A stretch of DNA of 64,000 nt from an uncultured Clostridia bacterium (GTDB taxonomy: Bacteria > Bacillota > Clostridia > TANB77 > CAG-508): positions 53,135 through 117,134 of the forward strand of contig CAUWAM010000002.1 of the NCBI GenBank assembly GCA_963556825.1. The letters are read 5' to 3'. Shown here piece after piece: positions 1 to 8,922 of this stretch; the stretch's first letter is position 1; each line of letters starts with the position of its first letter. The notes below the pieces were generated by a model. The model made no database searches and was not told where the DNA came from. It saw only the letters and a list, made by a program, of their open reading frames with translations. The translations under genes and the position numbers were made by a program.

Positions 1-94
1 TTTCTCCTTTTTAGAATTTTTCCTCATTTTGTTGATATTTATGCAAATATATTATATAATATTTGTATTATTTATAGAGACTTGGAGGTAAATT

Positions 95-1381
95 ATGATT
101 GATATAAAATTTTTAAGAGAAAATCCAGATATGGTGAAACAAAACATAAAAAACAAATTTCAAGATCATAAACTTCATTTAGTTGATGAAGTTATAGATT
201 TAGATAAAAAAAATAGAGAAGTTAAATTAAACGGGGATAATTTAAGAGCTGAAAGAAAATCTTTAAGTGCTGAAATTGGTAATCTTATGAGAAATGGAAA
301 AAAAGATGATGCTGAAAAATTAAAAGCTAAAGTTCAAGAAATAAATTCAGAACTCGAAGAAAATGAAAAATTAGAATCTGAATATGCAGATGAGATTAGA
401 ATTAGAATGATGAAAATACCAAATATTATGGATGCATCTGTTCCTATCGGAAAAGATGATAGTGAAAATGTTGAAGTTGAAAGATTTGGAGAAGCTAAAG
501 TTCCATCTTATGAAATTCCACATCATGCAGATATTATTGCAAGATTTAATGGATTAGATAAAGAATCTGCTGGACGTACAAGTGGTGTTGGTTTCTACTA
601 CCTAATCGGAGATGTTGCTAGATTACATGAGTCAATGCTTGCATATGCTAGAGATTTTATGATTAACAATGGTTTCACTTATGCAATTCCACCTTTTATG
701 ATTCGTAGCGATGTTGTAAATGGTGTTATGAGCTTTGAAGAAATGGATGCAATGATGTACAAAATAGAAGGTGAAGATTTATTCTTAATTGGTACATCTG
801 AACATTCTATGATAGGAAGATTTAAAGAACAATTAATAAGAAAAGATGAATTACCTATATGTATGACATCCTATTCTCCATGTTTTAGAAAAGAAATTGG
901 TTCTCATGGTTTAGAAGAAAGAGGATTATATCGTGTTCATCAATTCGAAAAACAAGAAATGATAGTTTTATGCGAACCAGAAGATTCAATGCAATGGTAC
1001 AATAAAATGTGGAAATTAACTGTTGAACTATTTAGAAGTTGGAATGTTCCAGTTAGACAATTAGACTGCTGTTCAGGAGATTTAGCAGACTTAAAAGTTA
1101 AATCATGTGATATTGAAGCATGGAGTCCAAGACAACAAAAATATTTTGAAGTTTGCAGTTGTTCTAACTTAGGAGATGCACAAGCTAGACGTTTAGGAAT
1201 ACGTGTAAAAAACGAAAAAGGAAATTATTACTTACACACATTAAACAATACTGTTGTAGCAACACCAAGAGGACTAATTGCAGTATTAGAAAACAATTAT
1301 AATGAAGATGGAAGTGTAACAATTCCAGAAGTTTTAAGACCATATATGGGTGGAACAGAGAAAATAGTTCCAAAAAAATGA
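95..1381 (+). CDS. serS: seryl-tRNA synthetase
   Basis: 428-aa ORF with an N-terminal coiled-coil arm (MIDIKFLRENPD...). Class II core motifs (FRKEIGSHG, TLNNTVVATPRG). ggagg RBS upstream. Confidence 0.95.
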   Translation: MIDIKFLRENPDMVKQNIKNKFQDHKLHLVDEVIDLDKKNREVKLNGDNLRAERKSLSAEIGNLMRNGKKDDAEKLKAKVQEINSELEENEKLESEYADEIRIRMMKIPNIMDASVPIGKDDSENVEVERFGEAKVPSYEIPHHADIIARFNGLDKESAGRTSGVGFYYLIGDVARLHESMLAYARDFMINNGFTYAIPPFMIRSDVVNGVMSFEEMDAMMYKIEGEDLFLIGTSEHSMIGRFKEQLIRKDELPICMTSYSPCFRKEIGSHGLEERGLYRVHQFEKQEMIVLCEPEDSMQWYNKMWKLTVELFRSWNVPVRQLDCCSGDLADLKVKSCDIEAWSPRQQKYFEVCSCSNLGDAQARRLGIRVKNEKGNYYLHTLNNTVVATPRGLIAVLENNYNEDGSVTIPEVLRPYMGGTEKIVPKK

Positions 1382-1432
1382 TACAAAATGAGCAAGTCCC
1401 AAAATGTTTCATTTTAAAAAAGGAGTTTTTAA

Positions 1433-2014
1433 ATGATAGTAAATAATCCAAAATTCGAAGTTTCAGCAGTTAAACCTGCTCAGTACCCAACAAATAATTT
1501 TCCTGAGGTTGTTTTAGTTGGAAAATCTAATGTTGGAAAATCTAGTTTTATAAATACTATGATAAATAGAAAAAAATTAGCTAGAACAAGTAGCGAACCT
1601 GGTAAAACAAGACAAATTAATTTTTATAATATTGATGAAAAGTTTTATTTTGTTGATTTACCTGGTTATGGTTTTAGTAAAATGTCTAAAAAAGAACAAG
1701 AACAAGTTGGTAATTTTATCGAAGAATATCTTTTTAATAGAGAGCAAATTGCATTAATTATTTTTTTAGTAGATATTCGCCATTCACCAACTGCAAATGA
1801 TAGATTAATGTATGATTACGTTATTCGTTCTGGTCTTCCTTTCATCATTTTAGCAAATAAGGCTGATAAAATTGCAGTTACAAAAGTATCTACTGAGGCT
1901 AATAAATTACAAAGAACCTTAAACCCAATTGGTGATATTCCTACTTTTCCATTTTCTTCTGAAAGAAAAGTTTATATGGATGATGTTTGGAATGAAATTG
2001 AAAAATATATTTAA
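1433..2014 (+). CDS. engB: ribosome biogenesis GTPase EngB/YsxC/YihA
   Basis: G1 GKSNVGKSS, G3 DLPGYG, G4 NKADK; 193 aa, typical size. Confidence 0.9.
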   Translation: MIVNNPKFEVSAVKPAQYPTNNFPEVVLVGKSNVGKSSFINTMINRKKLARTSSEPGKTRQINFYNIDEKFYFVDLPGYGFSKMSKKEQEQVGNFIEEYLFNREQIALIIFLVDIRHSPTANDRLMYDYVIRSGLPFIILANKADKIAVTKVSTEANKLQRTLNPIGDIPTFPFSSERKVYMDDVWNEIEKYI

Positions 2015-2017
2015 AAA

Positions 2018-2054
2018 CTCTGTCAAAAAGGGTTACCCTTTTTGACAGAGTTTT
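2018..2054. terminator. bidirectional intrinsic terminator
   Basis: Perfect 15-bp stem ctctgtcaaaaaggg/ccctttttgacagag with a 3-nt loop, flanked by A and T runs. Lies between convergent genes. Confidence 0.75.
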
Positions 2055-2074
2055 ATATAGCTTTTTATTATTTT

Positions 2075-2365
2075 TTAGCAACAGCATTTACATTTGTTTT
2101 TTTTATTTCTTTTTCTGTTACATATTAACAATATTATTGACAATATGAAAAGTAATCCAAGAATTACTGCTAATACTATTACAGCTGGTAATGCCACAAA
2201 TATTGTTGGACTTATTAACGTTCCAATTATTAGACCAATAACTATTGCAAAAGATGTTAACAATATTATAGATACTAGTCCTAAACATTTTATATTATTG
2301 CATTTATCTTCTTTCTTTTCATAGCAAAATATATTATCTTGTGGTTCCATAAAAGTCACCTCCAA
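2075..2365 (-). CDS. small membrane protein with Cys-rich C-terminus (…KCKCCC)
   Basis: 96-aa ORF with two long hydrophobic segments. No family recognised. Confidence 0.45.
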   Translation of the reverse strand: MEVTFMEPQDNIFCYEKKEDKCNNIKCLGLVSIILLTSFAIVIGLIIGTLISPTIFVALPAVIVLAVILGLLFILSIILLICNRKRNKKNKCKCCC

Positions 2366-2427
2366 TATAACACTTGTTATTTTAGTGTTATATTATATAT
2401 TATGCCAAATTTTATAAAATGTTGTAT

Positions 2428-2634
2428 CTAATTGTCTTTTTCTACTTTTTTTGTAATCACTTTTAATGCTTTTTCTCTAGGTAACATTACTATATGCCCG
2501 CATCCTTGGCATTTTAATTTAAAGTCCACCCCTATTCTAGTTATTTCCCATAATTTACTTCCACATGGATGTTGTTTTTTTGTTCTAACTATATCGCCTA
2601 TTTCATATTTATTATATTCCATATTATTCCTCAA
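2428..2634 (-). CDS. DUF951-like small protein
   Basis: 68 aa; YEIGDIVRTKKQHPCGS…W.I.R.G.D…KC..CGH pattern typical of DUF951. Confidence 0.6.
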   Translation of the reverse strand: MRNNMEYNKYEIGDIVRTKKQHPCGSKLWEITRIGVDFKLKCQGCGHIVMLPREKALKVITKKVEKDN

Positions 2635-2638
2635 CTTT

Positions 2639-4294
2639 TTATAATAAATTAATAACTTTATTAAATCTTTGTAACATTCTTTCTTTTCCTAATATTTGCA
2701 TAATTTCATACATATCTGGTGTATTTGTTCTTTTTGTTAATGAAATTCTTAATACTGTACTTACATCTCCAACATGAGCCTTATACATATCAGGATTTGC
2801 TTTAAATTCTTTTACCTCTTTTGCATATCCCATTTCACCAGCTAATTCTTTTATTTTATCAAACCATGTTTGTTTATCATCATTTTCATCATAATATTTT
2901 TCTACATATAATTTTAAGATTTTTGAAATTGATTCTTTATCATTTATAACTTGATATGGATATTCATTTTTATCTTTTTCAAATTTTTCGTCATACATAT
3001 AAGAAATATTTTCTTTAACTTCTGACCATTTTGAAATATCTTTTCTAGGCTTTTTATTTCCTCTTTCTATTCCAAATATTTTTAAGGCATATTCTTTATT
3101 TTCTAACAATTTTTCTAGTTCTTCATCATACTTTTTAGCCCATAAATTAGCATTTTCATACACTTCTTCTGCTGTCATTTTTGATATTACTGTTTTTGAT
3201 ACGTCTAACAATTTAACCATATCAAATAATGCTCCACTAACACTCATTTTATTTAGTTGCAATTCAAATTCATCCATTGATTTATCTGGATTAGCTCTTC
3301 TCCAATTTTCAAAATTAGAATTTGCAATATTTAACAAGTATTCTTTAACAGCTTCTGATGGTATTCCTTCTTCTGCATAATAACTTACTGCTGCTTCTGG
3401 ATCTTTTCTTTTACTTAATTTTCTTTTATTTCCATTATCATTTTTCATTATTGGTGCAATATGTGCATATTTCGGTGACTTAAATCCTAATTCATGGAAT
3501 AATTGTAAATGTAAGGGTACAGATGATAACCATTCATCTCCTCTTATTACATGTGTTGTGTGCATTAGGTGATCATCAACTGCATGTGCAAAGTGATATG
3601 TTGGTAATCCATCTGCTTTTATAATTACTATATCTTGGTCATTTTCGGGAAAATCTACATTCCCCTTTATAACGTCATGATGTTTAATTTTTCTATCTTC
3701 TCTTCCTGGTGATTTAAATCTTATTATATAATTCTCGCCATTTTGAATTCTTTTAATTGATTCTTCGACTGGAATTGTTCTACATTTTGCCCAAACTCCA
3801 TAATAACCAGGTCTAATTTTTGCCATTTCTTGTTTTGTTCTTATTTCTTCAACTTCTTCTGGAGTACAGAAACATGGATATGCTTTCCCTTGTGCTATTA
3901 AATATTTAGCATATGCTTGATAAATTTCTTTTCTTTGACTTTGTTTATATGGTCCGTAATTTCCTTTTCCTTCATTTTCTGAAGTCATTCCTTCGTCTGG
4001 TTCAAATCCAAATTCTTTTAATGAGTTTACTATTCCAATTATTCCATTTTCTACTTCTCTTTTTTGATCAGTATCTTCTATTCTTAAAAAGAAAACTCCT
4101 TTTGTTTGATTGGCTAATTTTCTAGCTATTAAACCTTGATACAATCCTCCTATATGAACAAACCCTGTTGGGCTTGGAGCAAATCTCGTTACTATTGCTC
4201 CTTCTGGTAAGTTTCTTTCTTGGTATTTATTTTCATAATATGATATTTCCTGTGCTTCTGGAAATATTAAATTTGCTAAATCTTTATAATCCAT
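2639..4294 (-). CDS. gltX: glutamyl-tRNA synthetase (long form)
   Basis: Class I HIGH-type motif (APSPTGFVHIGG) and KMSKS-type motif (KLSKRK); 551 aa. Confidence 0.9.
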   Translation of the reverse strand: MDYKDLANLIFPEAQEISYYENKYQERNLPEGAIVTRFAPSPTGFVHIGGLYQGLIARKLANQTKGVFFLRIEDTDQKREVENGIIGIVNSLKEFGFEPDEGMTSENEGKGNYGPYKQSQRKEIYQAYAKYLIAQGKAYPCFCTPEEVEEIRTKQEMAKIRPGYYGVWAKCRTIPVEESIKRIQNGENYIIRFKSPGREDRKIKHHDVIKGNVDFPENDQDIVIIKADGLPTYHFAHAVDDHLMHTTHVIRGDEWLSSVPLHLQLFHELGFKSPKYAHIAPIMKNDNGNKRKLSKRKDPEAAVSYYAEEGIPSEAVKEYLLNIANSNFENWRRANPDKSMDEFELQLNKMSVSGALFDMVKLLDVSKTVISKMTAEEVYENANLWAKKYDEELEKLLENKEYALKIFGIERGNKKPRKDISKWSEVKENISYMYDEKFEKDKNEYPYQVINDKESISKILKLYVEKYYDENDDKQTWFDKIKELAGEMGYAKEVKEFKANPDMYKAHVGDVSTVLRISLTKRTNTPDMYEIMQILGKERMLQRFNKVINLL

Positions 4295-4296
4295 AT

Positions 4297-4611
4297 TTAT
4301 TCTCCTATTTTAAATTCTTCAATCTTTGTTTTTATTTCTTTGACATTATGCCCGCTTTTTATTCCTATTTCAAACATTTTTAAAATTAATTTTTCTTTTT
4401 TGTTGTATTTTTTACTCAATTCTTTTACTACATTTAATATTGTATTATTATTCGTAAGTACTCTATATCTTTTGCAAATTAATTTATAATTCGCTTTTAA
4501 ATGGCTGTAATCTTTAGCTATTATAATATGTTTTTCTTTATTTGTAAATATTTTTCCTTCTTTTCTTTCAAAAACTTTTCCTTTTCTTATAATTTCTTTT
4601 GTTCTCTCCAT
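4297..4611 (-). CDS. hypothetical basic protein, abuts gltX start
   Basis: ORF 4297..4659. Start is more likely the internal MERTKEII. Ends 2 nt before the gltX ATG. Confidence 0.4.
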   Translation of the reverse strand: MERTKEIIRKGKVFERKEGKIFTNKEKHIIIAKDYSHLKANYKLICKRYRVLTNNNTILNVVKELSKKYNKKEKLILKMFEIGIKSGHNVKEIKTKIEEFKIGE

Positions 4612-4641
4612 AATACTATTCCTCTCTTTTGTAAATATAAT

Positions 4642-4670
4642 TTGACAATTTACGCTCAAAAGGTTATACT
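4642..4670 (+). promoter_or_regulatory. sigma-A-like promoter TTGACA-17-TATACT
   Basis: TTGACA 4642-4647, 17-nt spacer, TATACT 4665-4670. No plus-strand ORF follows, only a terminator about 40 nt downstream. Confidence 0.35.
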
Positions 4671-4708
4671 TTAATTACAATATACTCTCTTGAGTGAATT
4701 GTGTATGA

Positions 4709-4748
4709 AAAGAGATGTTTAGATTCGCAGTCATGGCATCTCTTTTTT
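4709..4748. terminator. intrinsic terminator hairpin (bidirectional)
   Basis: aaagagatg…catctcttt stem, followed by TTTTTT on plus and TTTT on minus. Confidence 0.6.
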
Positions 4749-4863
4749 GTATATTTATTATATATGCTTATTTATTCATTGTCAAAACCCGTTTTCGACA
4801 AAAAAAAGCCTGTATATATTGAAAATACTACAAACTTTTTTTGAAAAAAATTTTTAACTTTTT

Positions 4864-5208
4864 TTATATCTCTGATTTTATTCTACTTCTTAAATCGTGC
4901 CAATTAATTCCTGTTATATATTTTAAACTCTCTGAACATAATAAATGTTTTTCTTTTGCATATTTATTCCATTTATCTATAGTTGGATACTTTGAAAAAA
5001 CTTTTGTTATTTTCCTTAATATCTTCATTGACTCTATATATTTTATATACATTATACTATCTTCAGAATATTGTATTTCATTTCTATAATATGAATTTAC
5101 TAGCTCATCAAATTTATTACTTATCTTTTTTGTTTCTTCTGAATTTAATCCATATTTTTCTATTGATATATGTAATCTATTTCTTAAATTTTCAAATCTA
5201 TCTCTCAT
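4864..5208 (-). CDS. Spo0E-like aspartyl-phosphate phosphatase family protein (N-terminal domain)
   Basis: N-terminus RFENLRNRLHISIEKYGLNSEETKKISNKFDELVNSYY resembles the Spo0E helix-hairpin. There is an extra C-terminal extension. Confidence 0.45.
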   Translation of the reverse strand: MRDRFENLRNRLHISIEKYGLNSEETKKISNKFDELVNSYYRNEIQYSEDSIMYIKYIESMKILRKITKVFSKYPTIDKWNKYAKEKHLLCSESLKYITGINWHDLRSRIKSEI

Positions 5209-5372
5209 TATTATTTCCTCTATTTTTCTTTGCTATATTTTTTATTCTAACATAATATTTTATAAAAAAACAGGAACTTTTTGTGTTATTTCGTCGAATA
5301 TTTTGAAAATAAAAAAACACTCTAATCTCTAGTAATTTTTTTATTTGTAAGTAATTATATACCTATATAAAA

Positions 5373-5410
5373 CAAAAAAAAAGGTAAATTGAAATTTATC
5401 AACTTACCTC
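5373..5410 (-). terminator. terminator after lysis cassette
   Basis: Minus strand reads GAGGTAA…TTACCTT followed by T9. Confidence 0.45.
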
Positions 5411-5415
5411 TTTTT

Positions 5416-6165
5416 TTATCTAACTCCACCTGTCCATTTAGCAAATCCTATTTTGTAATTTCCTGTTCCTGTTACATTATATCTTACAATTGCTCTTCCA
5501 TTAAATATTCCAAAACAATCACATTCTTCATATGAGCTTAAACTTCCTATTACTTTTGTTAAACTTGTATCTGCATATATTATCTCTTTTGTTGAACCAT
5601 TTTTATATCTTCTCACTGGTTCATCACTCCCTTCAACTTCTGTTACTACTTCATTAGTTTTAGCTTGTCCTATTTTATTTAATACATCATTTTTTAATTG
5701 TATCCAGGCCTGTTCATTTCTTACATAGTATCTTGGGCATTCTTTTCCTGTTACATCATAATGTCTTATTATTGCATCTATACCTAAATTATATTTTTTA
5801 CATATATGAGCACTTAATTCTACTAAACTATTGTATGTATTGTCATTGAATTTTCCTTCCCAATCTGGGTGGCAATCCTCTATTCCTATTGATTTTCTAT
5901 TCATAGAGTAACTACCGCTATGGAAAGCAACTTCATCTTCTGGAATACATCTTATTATTTCGCCATTTAATCCAATTATATAATGAGATGAAGCATATGT
6001 CTTATGTGATGTTGCTAAACTATCAAAATAATTTCTGTTGCCTAGTGCTGAACTTCCTGCATTTCCTACCCAATGAATAACTATTTTTTCAATCTTATTT
6101 AGTTTTTCTCCACTTCTTGAATATGGGTTTACAGTTAACAACCTTTCTTCAATTTTACTTTCCAT
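5416..6165 (-). CDS. N-acetylmuramoyl-L-alanine amidase endolysin (Amidase_2/PGRP fold) with C-terminal wall-binding domain
   Basis: IVIHWVGNAGSSA, HYIIGLNGEIIRCIPEDEVAFHSG and HYDVTGKECP motifs. Sits directly after the holin-like ORF. Confidence 0.9.
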   Translation of the reverse strand: MESKIEERLLTVNPYSRSGEKLNKIEKIVIHWVGNAGSSALGNRNYFDSLATSHKTYASSHYIIGLNGEIIRCIPEDEVAFHSGSYSMNRKSIGIEDCHPDWEGKFNDNTYNSLVELSAHICKKYNLGIDAIIRHYDVTGKECPRYYVRNEQAWIQLKNDVLNKIGQAKTNEVVTEVEGSDEPVRRYKNGSTKEIIYADTSLTKVIGSLSSYEECDCFGIFNGRAIVRYNVTGTGNYKIGFAKWTGGVR

Positions 6166-6167
6166 AA

Positions 6168-6365
6168 TTATTTCTCCTTATTATTTACTGCTTTTTGCCC
6201 TAATAAATATGTTCCAATAACACCTTGTACTACTGCAATAACTTGTACAGTTTAAATTGCATATGGTATTGTTATACCTTCTACTGCATTTATTCCTGCT
6301 ACTAATGCACTTATTATTGCTAATATGTTTGTTGTATATTTTGCTATTTTTTTTATTTTTTCCAT
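6168..6365 (-). pseudogene. small two-TM holin-like gene interrupted by in-frame TAA
   Basis: MEKIKKIAKYTTNILAIISALVAGINAVEGITIPYAI * TVQVIAVVQGVIGTYLLGQKAVNNKEK. Stop at 6252-6254. The ORF ends 2 nt before the endolysin ATG. Confidence 0.6.
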
Positions 6366-6384
6366 AGTGTTACCTCCCACCTTT

Positions 6385-6705
6385 CTAAATAAATCTGCTT
6401 AATCCTAATGTAAAAGCTATTGCTGTTAATATTATTCCAATAAAAAAAGAAACCACTTTGCTTTTTATTTGCTTTTTAGTTTCTTCATAGTCCTTTGCAG
6501 GCTTTTCTTCTATTATTTTTAATCGTTCATTCATTTTGTTTTGGTCTTCTCTCATTGCTTTCATTTCTTTTGCTATTTCTCTTACACTCATTGTTAATTC
6601 ATATATATTTTCAACTTTATTTTCAATAGTATCTATTCTTTTTATATTTGATTTTGAACGTTGTTCGTTTTCAACTAATCTTTCTAGAATTTCTGTATCT
6701 TGCAT
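6385..6705 (-). CDS. XhlA-like lysis accessory protein (coiled coil plus C-terminal TM)
   Basis: 106 aa with a charged coiled coil then VVSFFIGIILTAIAFTLGL. Position upstream of holin/amidase matches the PBSX xhlA-xhlB-xlyA arrangement. Confidence 0.6.
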   Translation of the reverse strand: MQDTEILERLVENEQRSKSNIKRIDTIENKVENIYELTMSVREIAKEMKAMREDQNKMNERLKIIEEKPAKDYEETKKQIKSKVVSFFIGIILTAIAFTLGLSRFI

Positions 6706-6723
6706 TGTCTACACCTCCATTTA

Positions 6724-8918
6724 TTATTTGGTTCTTTTCCATACAAATACAGCTATGTATGGAATTGCATGTGTGTGTGAATTTACACTATGTGTGTGAT
6801 TAGACAATGTATGTGTATGCCCTTTTCCTCCACCAGTAGAACCTGTATTTTCTCTATTGTTTGTATCGACTCCTCCTCTATTGGTTCCTGCTGAATATAC
6901 TCCTGAAATTTTTTTAAACATTGTATGGGTATGTGAAGGTATTTGATCTATTGTTAAAACTGTACTTCCTGTTGTATTTGTACTTGGTCCTCCAGTACTT
7001 CCACTTGATGCGCCTGTGTTTGTACCTGTTATACTAGATTGACCATAACTAGTACTAGCTCCATACAAGAAACCACTTTTTATCCTTTCCCATGTTCCTC
7101 CAAATAAAGTTGATGGATTTGTACTATTTATACTCATATATATTGAACCAACAGGGTATATCTTATTTACTATCGCACTTGCTAAATTTGTTCCTAATCC
7201 TGTAGCATTTATCTTTCCATTTACCTGTAATTTACTTCCTTCATTTGTATCATATTTTTGCCCTATTGCAATATTATTTTTATATACAGCTATTGCTGGA
7301 TTTCCACTTCCTAAAATAATTGTAGTAGTTGTTGTTGATAATTTATCAGATATAGTTAACTTAATATCATAAGAATTAGAAACGTCAAATCCATCTGTTC
7401 CTTTATCTCCTTGAATATTTAAACTACCAGTTATTTTGTTTTCAGAAATAGTATAAGTTAGTGTTGTTTTTCCTTCTATCCAATTTGAATTTGAAGTTGT
7501 TTTATAACTATATTTACAACTTGTAACTGCATTTGCTACACTACCAAAATTCGAATTCCAAAACTCTCCTTCAAATTTTAATGTTGTTATTGTACCAATG
7601 TTATTTTGTCTTGTTGCTGACAATGATTTTATTTTTATATTATTATAATTTTTTATAGTTGCTGTTTTACTTACTTTTGTACTATTACCTCTACTGTCTT
7701 CCGCATATATATCTATAACATTTGTATCTATTGCTGGTATTGACATATTCACATCAGCATTAGAACTATAATTAACATTTGCATTTTTACTTCCTATTAG
7801 CATTTTATAACTTTTCATTGTAGCACTATTTTTTGATACTGCTTTATTTGTTGCACTTATAATTGCCTTTACATTAGAATATCCCTTTACTAATATTTGA
7901 TTATTTCCTGTTAAAGCAGTTATTGTAGTATTTGTATCTTGATATATAAAATTGCTAAATGTCGGATTACTATTTACTACTGTAAACGTAAAATCTTTTG
8001 AATTTGTATAAGATTTTCCATTTTGAGCAGTTGTTATAACATATCTTGCTTTGTATGTATTACTATTAGGTGTTAGTGAGTATATTTTTGCTGCTGTCGG
8101 TGTTATTGATTTGCTTGCACCTATTACTGTTCCATAATCAATAATACTTGTATTATCTGTTTTACATAATTTTAAACTTATACTAGCTCCGCTTGGATTG
8201 TTCCAAGTTATTGTATGACTACTTCCAATATTAACATTAGGCACTGAACTTAATGTAGCAATTTGATGTGTTGTAACTTCTATTGTATTAGACTCACTAT
8301 ATAATTGACTATCTAATCTTTTTACCTTTATTTTAAAATTATATTTAGTATTTGGAGATAATCCAGTTATATTTATTGGAGAAGTTAAGGCATAACCACT
8401 TTCCCAATCTCCTCCATTTTTACTAACCCATATCCCATCTATTGTAGAATCTGATGAATAATTAAGTTTAACACTATTTACAGTCTTTGAGTGTAGAGAA
8501 ATACTTGCTTTCGCATATCTAGGAATTGTAGATAATTGTAAATTTCCACTCGGATAAAAATCACCTGGGGAATATGTATGAGATTGAAAGTCTATAACAG
8601 CACTACAATTATAGTCTTTGTTCCATCAGAATTATGAGCTATTGTCATTGTTCCTTCTGCAAATGTTATTACTCCATTATGTCCTAAACTGTATTGCCCG
8701 CTTCCGTTTTTTACTATATTTCCATTTATTGTTATACTATAACTTGCATTTAATGCACTAAATCTACCAGAATTACCAGAAATTAATTGTAATCTGTATC
8801 CAACATTTGAAGTATTAGAAGCTATGTCATAGCTATTTTCCCAAACACTTAATTTTCCTGTGTAATATTTTGCATATGTACCACCACTACTACCACCATT
8901 TTGTGTAAATTCTGCCAT
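6724..8918 (-). pseudogene. tail fibre / receptor-binding protein (DUF859-like N-terminus, HxH-rich C-terminal tip), frameshifted
   Basis: ORF 8592..8918 (…TIAHNSDGTKTIIVVLL*) continues in the -1 frame, which is open from 8625 to 6724 (…NCSAVIDFQSHTYSPGDF…). C-terminus is GGTWERI…HTHT…GHTHTLSNHTHSVNSHTH. Confidence 0.75.
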
Positions 8919-8922
8919 CTAT

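Noticed and set aside
1-94. T-box leader upstream of serS
   Set aside because: Only 94 nt are available, and a T-box leader would extend beyond the window edge. No specifier or T-box motif can be assessed.
1185-1451. 88-aa minus-strand ORF overlapping the serS 3' end
   Set aside because: It is antisense to serS and spans the serS-engB junction. The product is low complexity, with no RBS.
5209-5415. Prophage attachment-site direct repeats and an integrase at the cluster borders (also 19244-19295)
   Set aside because: No shared repeat between the two borders was seen by eye, and there is no integrase ORF or tRNA at either border. The boundaries are therefore inferred only from gene content and terminators.
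6252-6254. TAA in the holin as stop-codon recoding or an alternative genetic code
   Set aside because: TAA terminates many clearly complete genes in the window, so a simple nonsense mutation or sequencing error is more parsimonious.
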